Shown in pieces: positions 34,920 through 44,426 of a stretch of DNA of 64,000 nucleotides. The position numbers and the translations under genes are program-made. This DNA comes from a virus, in IMG/VR virus record IMGVR_UViG_3300032087_006189; one strand, written 5' to 3'. The notes beneath the pieces are model-generated. The model did no database searches. It saw nothing but the letters and a program-made list of their open reading frames with translations, and was not told the origin of the DNA. Within the stretch, counting starts at the first letter, position 1; every line of letters starts with the position of its first letter.

Positions 34920-35249
34920 ATGGCCCATGGAGAAGCTGGAATGTACTGGGATATGATTTGCTGTGCCTACAGCTACCAGGACACCGCCCCGGCAGCCGGG
35001 ATGGAGATCGGTCGCCTCCTCTGGGAGGGGAGCGGGGCGGTGCTGTTCGTCCCAGCGACCAGCACCAGCCGGGGGCGGCTGTTCTGCTCTGGCGCCTGCC
35101 AGAGCAGCCACCTGTTCGTCTCCCACAGCCTGTCGGCGGAGATCGTCGAGGGGCTGATCGCTGCCGCGAGGCAGCAGTGTGGAGAGGACGACTGGCAGTC
35201 GTATGTGGGGGACTTTTTCGGTGTGGCGCTGGAGCAGCGCTGCGCCTAA
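34920..35249 (+). CDS. Hypothetical protein
   Basis: Promoter motif at 34879; GAGG RBS. Confidence 0.7.
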   Translation: MAHGEAGMYWDMICCAYSYQDTAPAAGMEIGRLLWEGSGAVLFVPATSTSRGRLFCSGACQSSHLFVSHSLSAEIVEGLIAAARQQCGEDDWQSYVGDFFGVALEQRCA

Positions 35250-35378
35250 CCAAGGAGGTCATATGACCTGCCCAATTTGTCACGAGTTCATACTCGTCCC
35301 ATTCAACAAATGCCGGTGCGACCCCGAGCGCCAGAAGCTCGCCTGGCAGAGAAAGCGGGAGAAAGAGAAGAAGTAGGG

Positions 35379-35931
35379 GAAAGCAAGTCCAGGGGGACCG
35401 CTGCTTTTTAACTTATACATTTTTGGGTCATAATAATAGTAGTGAGGAAGGATCAACACCCCCTTTCTCCCTGGAGTGAATATGTCCACTATCCGCGGAA
35501 ACATCTTCATCGTCCCAAACCGAGCCTGTCAGCTTGAGGACTGGTTCGCCCAGTCCACTCGCGACAGCTTTCGCAAGAGTCTGAGCAACCTCGGGCTGAA
35601 GCCTGAAGGCAAGCTGGTTCAGGTCTGGTACACGTCGCAGGACTGCGAAAACTGGACCAGCCACAGGTGGCCTGAAAACCCCGAGTTCTTCGGGGCGCAC
35701 GGACTCCCAGAGAGGCTCCCGGAGTCCCTGCTCGAGGGAGTCAAGGAGGGCGACGAGATCTCCCTCCACTTCGGCGAGAAGACTCTCAGGCTGACGGCTA
35801 CTCAGAAGAGCTACCGCTACGCGCGGTTCGGGACGTTCGAGGAGACCTTCGAGCTCGTCACCTCGTGAGAGAAAAAGCAAGTCCACTGGGGACCTCTGCT
35901 TTTTAACTCATACATTTTTTGGGTCATAATA
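35379..35931 (+). repeat. ~57-bp imperfect direct repeat (terminator + promoter) flanking one gene; copies at ~35379-35435 and ~35873-35931
   Basis: aaagcaagtcca..ggggacc.ctgctttttaact.atacattttt.gggtcataata present twice. Confidence 0.9.
35482..35868 (+). CDS. Hypothetical protein
   Basis: Lies between the direct repeats; GGAG RBS. Confidence 0.75.
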   Translation: MSTIRGNIFIVPNRACQLEDWFAQSTRDSFRKSLSNLGLKPEGKLVQVWYTSQDCENWTSHRWPENPEFFGAHGLPERLPESLLEGVKEGDEISLHFGEKTLRLTATQKSYRYARFGTFEETFELVTS

Positions 35932-35963
35932 TAGATAGTCAAGAGCAAAACAAGGGAGGTCTC

Positions 35964-36356
35964 ATGACTATCGGAACTTACTCTGCCAGCTACACCATCA
36001 ACTCTCAACTGGTCCTTCGGGACTGGTTCCACCGGAAGGAGCGCGAGCTCTTTCTGGCGGAAGGGAGGTTGGACCGCCTCACCCACAAGGCGCGGTGGGC
36101 GCCGATCGACACTCCTATGGAGGAGTGGATCGTCCTGTTCCAAGAGAGGGACGAGGCCCTGGGAAGGGTCTACCAGCTACACAACGAGCTGGACTCTCTG
36201 TACGATATCCTCACCGACAGCGGATACCGCTGTCGAATGTACGTCGGGTGGGGGAAACACCGGCCAAAGTCGGAGGAGGAACACCGCGAGGGGCTCCTGA
36301 AGTGGATCAAGAAGAGATCTACTCCGGGGTGGGATCCATTCGGGGATGAGTACTGA
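35964..36356 (+). CDS. Hypothetical protein
   Basis: Promoter motif at 35923; GGGAGG RBS; UUCG terminator. Confidence 0.75.
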   Translation: MTIGTYSASYTINSQLVLRDWFHRKERELFLAEGRLDRLTHKARWAPIDTPMEEWIVLFQERDEALGRVYQLHNELDSLYDILTDSGYRCRMYVGWGKHRPKSEEEHREGLLKWIKKRSTPGWDPFGDEY

Positions 36357-36456
36357 GAGGGGCCTTCGGGCCCCTCTCTGGGTGGGGCATTTCTTTAGCT
36401 AAAATATCCCAGTTTTCCGTCATAAGACCTTTGCAACCATACAAAGGAGGTTTGCA

Positions 36457-36789
36457 TTGACGTTTCAGCAGTATCTGAAGATCCACCTTCCAGGCGCGAT
36501 GAAGATGGAGAAGGGAAAGAAGCGACTCCGCAAGAAGAAGGCGAAGAAGGACTTGATTGAGCGGTGGGAACTGCTCGAGGAGGTTCGGATTCTCGAGGAG
36601 CGGAAGCGCGCCGCAATCGAGATTCTGGAGGCCGAGGGGATTCCCTACAAGCACTTGCTGAAGCCGAAGGATGACTACTTCAGCAGCTTTCTCATGGAGG
36701 CTGCGATGGAGTCTGCCATGGGTGCAATCACGGACGCATTCTGCTCCATTCCGCGACGACGCTACCCAACGCAGGTGCCAAAGTCGTAG
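36457..36789 (+). CDS. Hypothetical basic protein
   Basis: Promoter motif at 36419; AAGGAGG RBS; TTG start. Confidence 0.65.
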   Translation: MTFQQYLKIHLPGAMKMEKGKKRLRKKKAKKDLIERWELLEEVRILEERKRAAIEILEAEGIPYKHLLKPKDDYFSSFLMEAAMESAMGAITDAFCSIPRRRYPTQVPKS

Positions 36790-36854
36790 GAAGCTCTCAA
36801 CGAGCAGGGGGCCGTGTAGGGGCATCAGGCCCCTTTTTAGCCCATATTTTCTTC

Positions 36855-37041
36855 ATTAAGTAAAAATGGCCCCCAAAAATATCTGGCAGTGGGGTTTGCA
36901 GTAGGGAAACGCATCTCTTGTGTGTGGTGTGCGGTTTGGCGTGTGTCTCTTTCTCGTGATTTTTTCTATTAAGTAAAACAACCCGCCCACAATGTGTACC
37001 CGTGGGTGTTGTCTTTCTCCAGTTTTTTTCCATTAAGTAAA
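36855..37041 (+). repeat. Three dispersed direct repeats ATTAAGTAAA, each after a T-rich run, in an AT-rich intergenic region
   Basis: Copies at 36855, 36968 and 37032. Confidence 0.8.
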
Positions 37042-37248
37042 TTACCCCCATAGCGATGGGGACCCCTGTGACCCACGTAAGTAACGCAGAGACCCTTCAA
37101 TAGGTTCCTAACGCTATACGCCAGAGGCTTGGCCTTTTGGCCTATAGGGCCTGTATTCTAAAAAACAAAGATATTCGGTCATAATATAGATGGAGAAGAA
37201 GCAGAGCATGTTGCGCTGTGGACCTCCTTGTTTGCATTGGAGGGCATC

Positions 37249-37458
37249 ATGCCTATTGAGATTACTATTGCTGCAGACGGTGTGGAAGAGACGCGCTTTG
37301 TTCCCGAATCCACCAACAGCCGCTTGAAGAAGCAGCTGGCCCGTAAGAAGCATGGGTGGTGGGCTGTGAATGGTCGCGGAGAGATGGTGCGAATCAAAGC
37401 GCGGAACATCTGGGAGGGTGCAGCACAGCTGAAGGAGGAAGGTGGTCGCCACGACTGA
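37249..37458 (+). CDS. Hypothetical protein
   Basis: GGAGG RBS; promoter motif at 37178. Confidence 0.65.
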   Translation: MPIEITIAADGVEETRFVPESTNSRLKKQLARKKHGWWAVNGRGEMVRIKARNIWEGAAQLKEEGGRHD

Positions 37459-37578
37459 TGGCGGTCGCCTCCTCCTTCGGCTCCGCCGAAGTTTAGCCCA
37501 TACATCCCATATTCTAAAAAAGGGGCATTTCGCGTCATAATACCTGTACCCGGGAAACAATAACCAAGGAGGTTTTCC

Positions 37579-37932
37579 ATGGGTGCACCCAACAAGAACC
37601 AGAGCCAGCCCGCCCAGAACAACAACACCGAGCCCTCGGGCGCGGACAAGTTCTTCGCCAGCTGCGATCACCACATGATCGGCGGCCGTGTCGGCGTCGA
37701 TGTCACCGCAGGCGGCCTCGGTGCCGCTGCCGTCTTCGGCCTTGCCCACAAGGGCATTGGGCCGTTCGAGAAGTCGCCGGCCCACCTGGTCGGTGGCGCC
37801 CTCTTCGGCGTCGCGGCAGCTGAGGGCGCTCGCGCGCTGACTACGGACAAGAAGAAGCTCGCGCAGGCACGACTGTCTCTGATCGCAGCAGATCAGGAGA
37901 AGTGGCAGAAGGTCGCCGACGAGACCAAGTGA
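37579..37932 (+). CDS. Hypothetical membrane protein
   Basis: Promoter motif at 37534; AAGGAGG RBS; GCAA-loop terminator. Confidence 0.75.
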   Translation: MGAPNKNQSQPAQNNNTEPSGADKFFASCDHHMIGGRVGVDVTAGGLGAAAVFGLAHKGIGPFEKSPAHLVGGALFGVAAAEGARALTTDKKKLAQARLSLIAADQEKWQKVADETK

Positions 37933-38065
37933 CTGAAAGCAACGCCGGCCCCCGCAAGGGGGCCGGCTGCGCTGCGGCTGTTGTTTAGCTCAAGTGCTCT
38001 TGAGCTAACAACGCAGTCAAGTTCGCGCAAGGTGAAAGTTCGCGCATTCCTCGTCATAAGAGTAT

Positions 38066-38206
38066 TGTACCCAGACACTGTAAGTCACGCGCTTGAGCCA
38101 GTAAGGCTCGCGCGAATATCTGTACCTCCTTTGCGCAGTGTCTGAGTTCCACTAAGAGCATCCTCCTCCCTTTCGCAGTTTGGGGAGTTGTAGGATGGCT
38201 CTTTTG
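38066..38206 (+). ncRNA. Candidate small RNA with an exposed anti-Shine-Dalgarno sequence
   Basis: Promoter motif at 38053 with no RBS/ORF; CAGACACTG/CAGTGTCTG closing stem; ACCTCCTTT at 38124-38132; terminal hairpin + T-tract. Confidence 0.6.
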
Positions 38207-38617
38207 TTAGCCCCTGTTCTAACCAAGAATAATAGGGACAAAGTAAAAAAGGTAGCTCAAGGAGTGGGTACACAGTGAGGTATGAACGATGAAAAAAGCA
38301 AGTAATACGCTGAAACACCTCATACGAGCCGTATTACGCAATGTGACACTTTCAAATGAGAAAAACAGGCCTTTTCTTCATTCCGGGGCCTGAGAGAGTA
38401 CGGGAGAATATCTTCTGGAAAAGGGGGAGCAGACTGCACCGTGCATTGCACTGCACAGTCCGCTGCCCCTTGGGGTCAAGCCCCGTTCACTGGATACAGG
38501 GACTCTGGGTACAGAGAGTATGGGTATATGTCTATTGGTGGAACCCTTCTCTATTCGCGAAAATTGGGTTGATCGCACGGCATACTGAGTGGCGAACCTT
38601 CGGGGACCGTCACTCTT

Positions 38618-38791
38618 TTAGCCCTTGGGCAGCGGCTGGATGATGGGCTTCACCGGCTTCGGCGTTGAGCTCATGGCTGCACCACTCAGAGTAGCTGGCT
38701 TCGGTGGCGCAGGAGGCTTGAACTTTGGCATCTTGAGGCCGGAGATCTTTTCAATCTCGAGGGCGAAGAAGTGCATTTGCTCTGGAGTCAT
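38618..38791 (-). CDS. 57-aa Pro/Lys-rich peptide with FFALEIEKIS leader
   Basis: Manually translated MTPEQMHFFALEIEKISGLKMPKFKPPAPPKP...; ATGA overlap with the upstream stop; not in the ORF track. Confidence 0.7.
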   Translation of the reverse strand: MTPEQMHFFALEIEKISGLKMPKFKPPAPPKPATLSGAAMSSTPKPVKPIIQPLPKG

Positions 38792-39264
38792 TTGCTTTCC
38801 AAGTCTTCTGAGTTTGCGCGGTACTTTATTTCGCAGACCAGGTCATCCCGTTCCCATGCGCGCTGGATGTATACCTGCTGTGTCCAGCGACGCCGGTAGT
38901 GCTCACCCTCTCGTTCGCAGGTTTCTTCGCTGACGGACTGCGTGGGTCCGACCACAACGGTTGCGCCGGCTTTGAGTGTGCAGACGGAGATCCAAAGCAG
39001 GTCGTTCCATCCCGTACAGATCGCATACTTCTTGCGATACTGCTCGACCGTGCCGGACGGAGGAGTGAATGTCCACCACTGTCCGAGTTCATTCGTGATG
39101 GTTGCCGCGTCTGCATCGGGCCCATCCCACATTCTGTAGACGGGAGTGTCCTCTTCCAGAACGACGACCTTCCCACGCGAAACTCCTCCCATTCCGCGAG
39201 GCTTCACGGCCTCTTCGAGGGGAGTGGCTGCGTGGGCAGATAGAAGAACCAGAAGAGGAAGCAT
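38788..39264 (-). CDS. Secreted hypothetical protein
   Basis: Signal peptide MLPLLVLLSAHA; paired cysteines. Confidence 0.7.
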   Translation of the reverse strand: MLPLLVLLSAHAATPLEEAVKPRGMGGVSRGKVVVLEEDTPVYRMWDGPDADAATITNELGQWWTFTPPSGTVEQYRKKYAICTGWNDLLWISVCTLKAGATVVVGPTQSVSEETCEREGEHYRRRWTQQVYIQRAWERDDLVCEIKYRANSEDLESK

Positions 39265-39265
39265 C

Positions 39266-40060
39266 TCAGTCCTCGTCGCTCAAGCGACGCTCAAGCTTCT
39301 TGAGGCGACGCATGCAGTCATCGCCATCGAAGTCTCCCATATCAAAGGAGTGACGCTCAAGCTTTGCGATTTTGCGCTCGATTGATTCCAGTTTCTCGTC
39401 GAGCTGTGCTTGTGCTTGCTTGCACGGCTGCGGGCGCATGTTGGGGTCTTGCGCCTGCATCTTGAGCTTGGCCATCTCGAGTGCATGCTTCTGCTCGCTG
39501 CGTTCCTTGTAGAAAGCCCATGCCTTTCCGCCACCAAGGATAGCCATGGCAGCCAGGGCGAGACCGACGAGAGGAGCGTAGTCTCCGCCCATCTTTGCAG
39601 CGGCATCTGCAGCGGCAGAGACATCCGCTACATCCGAGTGCTGCACTTCCGGAGTGAGTTCCTCTGGGCTGAGCGCATCTGCGCTGACTTCTGGGGTCTC
39701 GGGGACTGCAGGCACAGAAGGAACTGTAGGAACTGTAGGTGCTTCGTTGGACATGGTGTCTTCCTCTGCCGGGGATTCGTTGTAGTGAAAGCGAAGAGTG
39801 GAGCTGCCTTTGAAATGGCAGTCTTTGGGATCCCAGAGCTGACCATGCGGGTCAAGGATCCCTCTATGTGTGAGCAGCGCGACTTCACCGCTTTCGATGA
39901 CGCACTTGGGTTCTTCTACTGTACGGGGCGGCGGGAACCGCTCTTCCTCGAGGAGAATCTCTTCGGGTTCGTCCAGTATATCCGACGAGGACCTCTTTCT
40001 ACACGAAGGCAAGAATGCGAAGAATAGCCACAGAGGCATAGTCTCTCCTACAGAGAGCAA
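39266..40060 (-). CDS. Membrane protein (TM helix + coiled coil); true start may be ATG 39754
   Basis: GAGGA RBS before MSNEAPTVP; LVGLALAAMAILGGG TM segment. Confidence 0.65.
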   Translation of the reverse strand: MLSVGETMPLWLFFAFLPSCRKRSSSDILDEPEEILLEEERFPPPRTVEEPKCVIESGEVALLTHRGILDPHGQLWDPKDCHFKGSSTLRFHYNESPAEEDTMSNEAPTVPTVPSVPAVPETPEVSADALSPEELTPEVQHSDVADVSAAADAAAKMGGDYAPLVGLALAAMAILGGGKAWAFYKERSEQKHALEMAKLKMQAQDPNMRPQPCKQAQAQLDEKLESIERKIAKLERHSFDMGDFDGDDCMRRLKKLERRLSDED

Positions 40061-40319
40061 TGCCTGCGTGGGCGCGCAGCAGGATTAGCAGACGGGGATG
40101 TTGGTCTTGGGGATGCGCGGCGGAGTCTTTGCGGGGCGCCCTCTGCCTTCTATTCGTGGGTCACATTCTAAAGTATCGCGCTTCAACTGACAGTGTACGG
40201 AGCAGAAGATCTGCCCCTGTCCGCAGACCGTCTCGAACTGCGTCCCACATTCAGAGCACTTGCGCGTCATGAAAATCTCCTTGTTTGAGGTCATAAGCGT
40301 TCTGTTGCTGGGAGGTAAC

Positions 40320-40910
40320 ATGCAGAGTTTGCGCGAAATGGTTTCCCCGAAGTTCGATGCGACACGATGGATTCCGGCCGCGGCAGATTTTGTCTGCCAC
40401 AACTGCGAGAAGCCGCAGAAAGCCGGATCAATGGTCTCTTGGATCTTCAAGAATGTAGACGAGTGGGGCTACAACGCCCCCGATTGTATGGAGTGCGAGA
40501 TCGAAGAAAAGGCAGAGCACGAGATCGATGAGATGTGGACCACGGTGAAGTCCCGTTCTTCGGAGCTGGACTTCAACGAGTACACCAAGGAGTACTGGGA
40601 GCGGCAGGCAGCGTCCCCAGTGCCGACGGAGTTCGACAAGCTGGTCCGGTGGGTTGGCGATCGACACGACCTGCTGGAGTTCCAGAAGATTCTGGCCACG
40701 CTTCAGCCAGAATCGGACGACCAGTGGTTCCAGTTCTACCTGACACCGAGCGGTGAGGTGTACGACGACCGTGAAGAGGTGGACTTCTACAAGTCCCTCC
40801 GCTTTGCGGACTTGCCGGCTCAGCTGGAACTGAGCGTGTGGGACCAGGTAGCACTGGCCGCAGTCCGGGAAATCGATCCCAACCACCCGATTGTGGCGTG
40901 GCTGGGCTGA
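40320..40910 (+). CDS. Hypothetical protein with N-terminal Zn motif
   Basis: Promoter motif at 40290; GGAGG RBS; CHNC..CMEC. Confidence 0.75.
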   Translation: MQSLREMVSPKFDATRWIPAAADFVCHNCEKPQKAGSMVSWIFKNVDEWGYNAPDCMECEIEEKAEHEIDEMWTTVKSRSSELDFNEYTKEYWERQAASPVPTEFDKLVRWVGDRHDLLEFQKILATLQPESDDQWFQFYLTPSGEVYDDREEVDFYKSLRFADLPAQLELSVWDQVALAAVREIDPNHPIVAWLG

Positions 40911-40960
40911 GAACAACACAGCCCCCGCCGAAAGGCGGGGGCTTCTTCGTGGAGAATCTT

Positions 40961-41401
40961 ATGATTACGCTGTACATCATTCGTGGCCTGCCCGGTACGG
41001 GCAAGAGCACGCTGGGCAAGACGCTGGCTCCGGACGCGAGCTTTGCTGCCGATGACTACTTCATGGTCGACGGCGAGTACAAGTTCGACCCCAGCAAGCT
41101 GGGAGAGGCGCACGCGCAGTGCCAGGCAAATGTGCGCAAGGCCCTTGAGGAAAAGAAGGCCACTGTCGAAAGCAAGGCTTCGGTCAGGTGGAGGACTCAC
41201 CAGAGTGTGTCGGTGTGCAACACCTTCTCGAAGGAGTGGGAGTGGCGCCCGTATGCTGAGATGGCCAAGGAGCTTGGCGTTCGGTACTACGTCATCAACC
41301 TGTTCGACAACGACACGCCTTTGGACGAGCTCTTCGAGCGGAATGTCCACGGCGTGCCTCGGCATGTCTTCAAGGTCATGTACGACCGGTGGGAGATGTG
41401 A
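40961..41401 (+). CDS. P-loop kinase (AAA_33 / N4BP2 polynucleotide-kinase-like)
   Basis: IIRGLPGTGKST, ADDYF, NTF...W...Y, RNVHGVP. Confidence 0.85.
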   Translation: MITLYIIRGLPGTGKSTLGKTLAPDASFAADDYFMVDGEYKFDPSKLGEAHAQCQANVRKALEEKKATVESKASVRWRTHQSVSVCNTFSKEWEWRPYAEMAKELGVRYYVINLFDNDTPLDELFERNVHGVPRHVFKVMYDRWEM

Positions 41402-41728
41402 TGAAGAAGAAGAAGGGAGCTACTCCCAAGAGTAGGAACTGGATAGCGGTTCGCGCTGCCCTTCGGGGTGGTGCGGGCCGTCACAAGGACAAGAAGAAAG
41501 AGGCAAGCCGCAAGGCCTGCCGGGGCGCCCAGAAGGGGCGCCCTTTTAGTTCATACCTTTGAGGTTGACATGGGATTCTGGACTGGATTTGGATGTGGTG
41601 TCGCAGTCACGCTGTTTTGCCTGAGTGCGCTGGTGTATCGGCTGTATGTGCTCTTCCGCTACGGGCCGTAAAAGAACCGAGCATATGCGCCATAAGACTC
41701 CTACGGCACAAGACCGTTAGGAGAACCA

Positions 41729-42205
41729 ATGGCTACTGATTGGAAAGCAGTCGATGAAATGAAGAGTTCCTGTCTTGTTCAGACCCTCGCCAATGTGTGC
41801 GAGAAGCTGAAGGAGCACGGGATTGACTTGGTCACTACTGAGTACAGTGGCGGCGGGGACAGCGGCGACTACGAGCCGGCCATCTCCTACGCGAACAAGA
41901 AAGAAGTCTGTGTCCCCAGTGTGGAAGTGAAGAAGCTTCGCCCCGTGATCAAGTGGGACACGGAGACGGACGGATGGGTCGCCGTAGAGATCGAAGAGAA
42001 GACGGGCGATCTTCTGGATGTCGTAGAGTCGATCATGGCTGAGGCCGTCGAGATTCGGCACTCTGGCTGGTACAACAACGACGGAGGGGAGGGGACTGTA
42101 GCCCTGAACGTCGAAAAGCAGACGATCAATGTCCACCACGGGTCTCACTACATGGAAACCCATTGGGATGACTACACTCTTGCTGTAGACGGAGGTGAGG
42201 AATGA
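41729..42205 (+). CDS. DUF6878-like phage protein
   Basis: YSGGGDSGD and GWYNNDGGEG motifs. Confidence 0.65.
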   Translation: MATDWKAVDEMKSSCLVQTLANVCEKLKEHGIDLVTTEYSGGGDSGDYEPAISYANKKEVCVPSVEVKKLRPVIKWDTETDGWVAVEIEEKTGDLLDVVESIMAEAVEIRHSGWYNNDGGEGTVALNVEKQTINVHHGSHYMETHWDDYTLAVDGGEE

Positions 42206-42660
42206 ACTGCAAGGAATACAACGAAAAGTACGCAAAGCAGCGCGAAGATTTCGAGTCCGCAGTCAAGAACTGGCTGACGGAGAACCCGGAGCGCTTCATC
42301 GCGTTCCGGTCGTACATCCCTGGTCATACCGACAACGGGTACGGCCTTCCCTGTGTGGCCGTCATTGGCCCGGCCCCAGGGTTTGTGGATGAGTACTTCG
42401 TGTCGTCGAACGGATCGATCTACGAGATTGAGTACTTCGATGAAGAGTCGGAAGATCTCACCGAGTGGGACCGCAAGTACCTGGCAGAGCGGAAGGACTG
42501 GGACTGGAAGAAGCGCCTCGATGAAGCAGATCACGAGCTGGAAGGCATGCTTGCAGACTGCTTCTACTGGGCCATCAATGCGTGGGATGTTGACGGGAAG
42601 ATCACGCTCGTCGATGGCGAAATTGTGATCGACACCACTTACTACGACTGTGGGTACTGA
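42202..42660 (+). CDS. Hypothetical acidic protein
   Basis: Coupled ORF; C-terminal YDCGY. Confidence 0.7.
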   Translation: MNCKEYNEKYAKQREDFESAVKNWLTENPERFIAFRSYIPGHTDNGYGLPCVAVIGPAPGFVDEYFVSSNGSIYEIEYFDEESEDLTEWDRKYLAERKDWDWKKRLDEADHELEGMLADCFYWAINAWDVDGKITLVDGEIVIDTTYYDCGY

Positions 42661-42661
42661 C

Positions 42662-42937
42662 ATGGCAAGAAAGAGCTACACGCCCGCCGAGCGAGCCCTC
42701 CACCTTATCGGTGTCCTCGCCGGTAAGTCCCGGCAGGAGATCAACGACGCCATCGCTTACGGGGACGCCGTGAAGATGGTGCCCGTCCAAAGGCTGAAGG
42801 AGATCCCGCAGGGCTCCCTCGACATGCTCAAGGAGCGGTATGTTCCCAAGTTCACGGGAGGGCCCGAGCTGGAGACGGGAGACTGGGAAGTGGTCTGGGA
42901 CCACTGTGTCTCCCCCAAGAAGGTGGGCGACCTGTGA
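42662..42937 (+). CDS. Hypothetical protein
   Basis: ORF in the operon. Confidence 0.65.
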   Translation: MARKSYTPAERALHLIGVLAGKSRQEINDAIAYGDAVKMVPVQRLKEIPQGSLDMLKERYVPKFTGGPELETGDWEVVWDHCVSPKKVGDL

Positions 42938-43407
42938 TCGCAAGGGCGCTCTTCCAGGCTCAGCCGAGCTTGGAAGGGCTGCCCCTCGGTAGACTGAACT
43001 ACGCCAGTATGCGGTACGTCAGACAATTCTTCCCAGAACAGCTGATGGACCTGGTCGTACTGATGTCCCGAGGCATTGAAGATCCCCGCATCTCGTACCG
43101 CTGCCACGAGCTCAAGGCTGGTCAGATGATCGGCCATGCGCGCTGGCATCAGGATGGGAAGCTTGGAGAAAGCAGGGAAGGAGAGATCCACCGTCTGATC
43201 ACCGTCAATGGTGTTCCGACGCTGGGCCTCATTGGAGATGGTGACCCGGATGAGGGGCCATACCAAGTCCTGCACGCGGGAATCGTGTGGGAGTATGACG
43301 GCGACTACTGGCACAAAGCGCGGCCGGTGGAGGTCGCCTGCAAGAGACTCATGCTTCGCGTGAGCAAGACCAACATGAGATACCGAAACCATTGGAGCGC
43401 AAAATGA
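42934..43407 (+). CDS. Possible 2OG-Fe(II) oxygenase / cupin-like protein
   Basis: WHQD (HxD)...WHKA...RLMLR spacing typical of double-stranded beta-helix dioxygenases. Confidence 0.5.
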   Translation: MIARALFQAQPSLEGLPLGRLNYASMRYVRQFFPEQLMDLVVLMSRGIEDPRISYRCHELKAGQMIGHARWHQDGKLGESREGEIHRLITVNGVPTLGLIGDGDPDEGPYQVLHAGIVWEYDGDYWHKARPVEVACKRLMLRVSKTNMRYRNHWSAK

Positions 43408-43733
43408 AAGACATCAAGATTGAGAGCCTTGATCACCTGAGGACCATCTGCTCCGGGGAGAACGCCATCGAGTGTTACATCCTCATCGGAGGTTTCATAC
43501 GGTCGTCGAAAGTCGTGTTGTTTACTGACCCTGGGTGGTGGGTTCTACACGAAATCGATGACTCCGAAGTTGACTACGAAGACGATGAGCACCTGATGGA
43601 TACACACATTGGTGACGCCATCGATAAGGGTGCGATGTATGCATACGTGTTCGAACACATGACCAAGGAAGACGTCAACAATCTCATGGCTACCCGCCCC
43701 GAGCCCAAGCCTGTGGAGCAGATGAGAGAGTGA
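43404..43733 (+). CDS. Hypothetical protein
   Basis: Coupled ORF; hairpin downstream. Confidence 0.7.
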   Translation: MKDIKIESLDHLRTICSGENAIECYILIGGFIRSSKVVLFTDPGWWVLHEIDDSEVDYEDDEHLMDTHIGDAIDKGAMYAYVFEHMTKEDVNNLMATRPEPKPVEQMRE

Positions 43734-43770
43734 GAGACGGCCCCGGCGGGAATCCCGCCGGGGCTCTGTT

Positions 43771-44079
43771 CTACTCAGTTTGTTTTAGTGCCCGCACCTC
43801 TGCGTTTTTGGATACGAGCTGCTGCTTCAGGCGTCGCTGTTCTCCCAGGCTCTTGAACAGAGTTCCACTGAGCAGGAGCGCACCAAGAAGAAGGAGAAAA
43901 GTGAGGGGGTCTCCGTTCGAAGCCTGCACCAGCATGTGCATGTCGCTGGTTGTGAGGCAAGGGACCTCTTCTGTCGCCACTGTGGCCGTCGTCGGCTCTT
44001 CTGTGGCAATAGTTTCCTCAGTTGAAGTGGCCGTCTCTTCGGCCTGAACCGCCGGAGTGGCGGTATTGACGGGATCCAT
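43771..44079 (-). CDS. Small membrane protein with Thr/Glu-rich repeats
   Basis: ATEE-like repeats, TM helix, GGAG RBS. Confidence 0.65.
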   Translation of the reverse strand: MDPVNTATPAVQAEETATSTEETIATEEPTTATVATEEVPCLTTSDMHMLVQASNGDPLTFLLLLGALLLSGTLFKSLGEQRRLKQQLVSKNAEVRALKQTE

Positions 44080-44180
44080 GAGATCTCCGGGATTGGGTTA
44101 GCACATCTAAATCTACTCCTTTTTTATGCTATAAATGATTTGTGCAAGAATGAAAATAGCACAAATGGAGGCAATTGGAA

Positions 44181-44426
44181 ATGACTGACAACTGCTACCT
44201 GCACCCAGAGTACCTGGAAGTGGTCTCCGACACCGATCGAGAGGGTGTCGCAACCAAGATTGTGATCCTGTGCCATGACTGTGGATCGGAGAAGAGAGTG
44301 TGGCCCGAGAAGGAGACGAAGTTCTTTTGCCGTCTCTGTGGTCATTACGCAGACAGGAAACCTGTAGGGTCATGGGGATGCGACAAGTGCAATACCAGCG
44401 TCCCGATGGTGGAAGTGGAGGTCTGA
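44181..44426 (+). CDS. Small Zn-finger protein
   Basis: Three CxxC motifs. Confidence 0.65.
   Translation: MTDNCYLHPEYLEVVSDTDREGVATKIVILCHDCGSEKRVWPEKETKFFCRLCGHYADRKPVGSWGCDKCNTSVPMVEVEV

Noticed and set aside
32210-37200. CRISPR array suggested by the repeated 18-mer
   Set aside because: Repeats are hundreds of bp apart and separated by whole genes, not 30-40-bp spacers.
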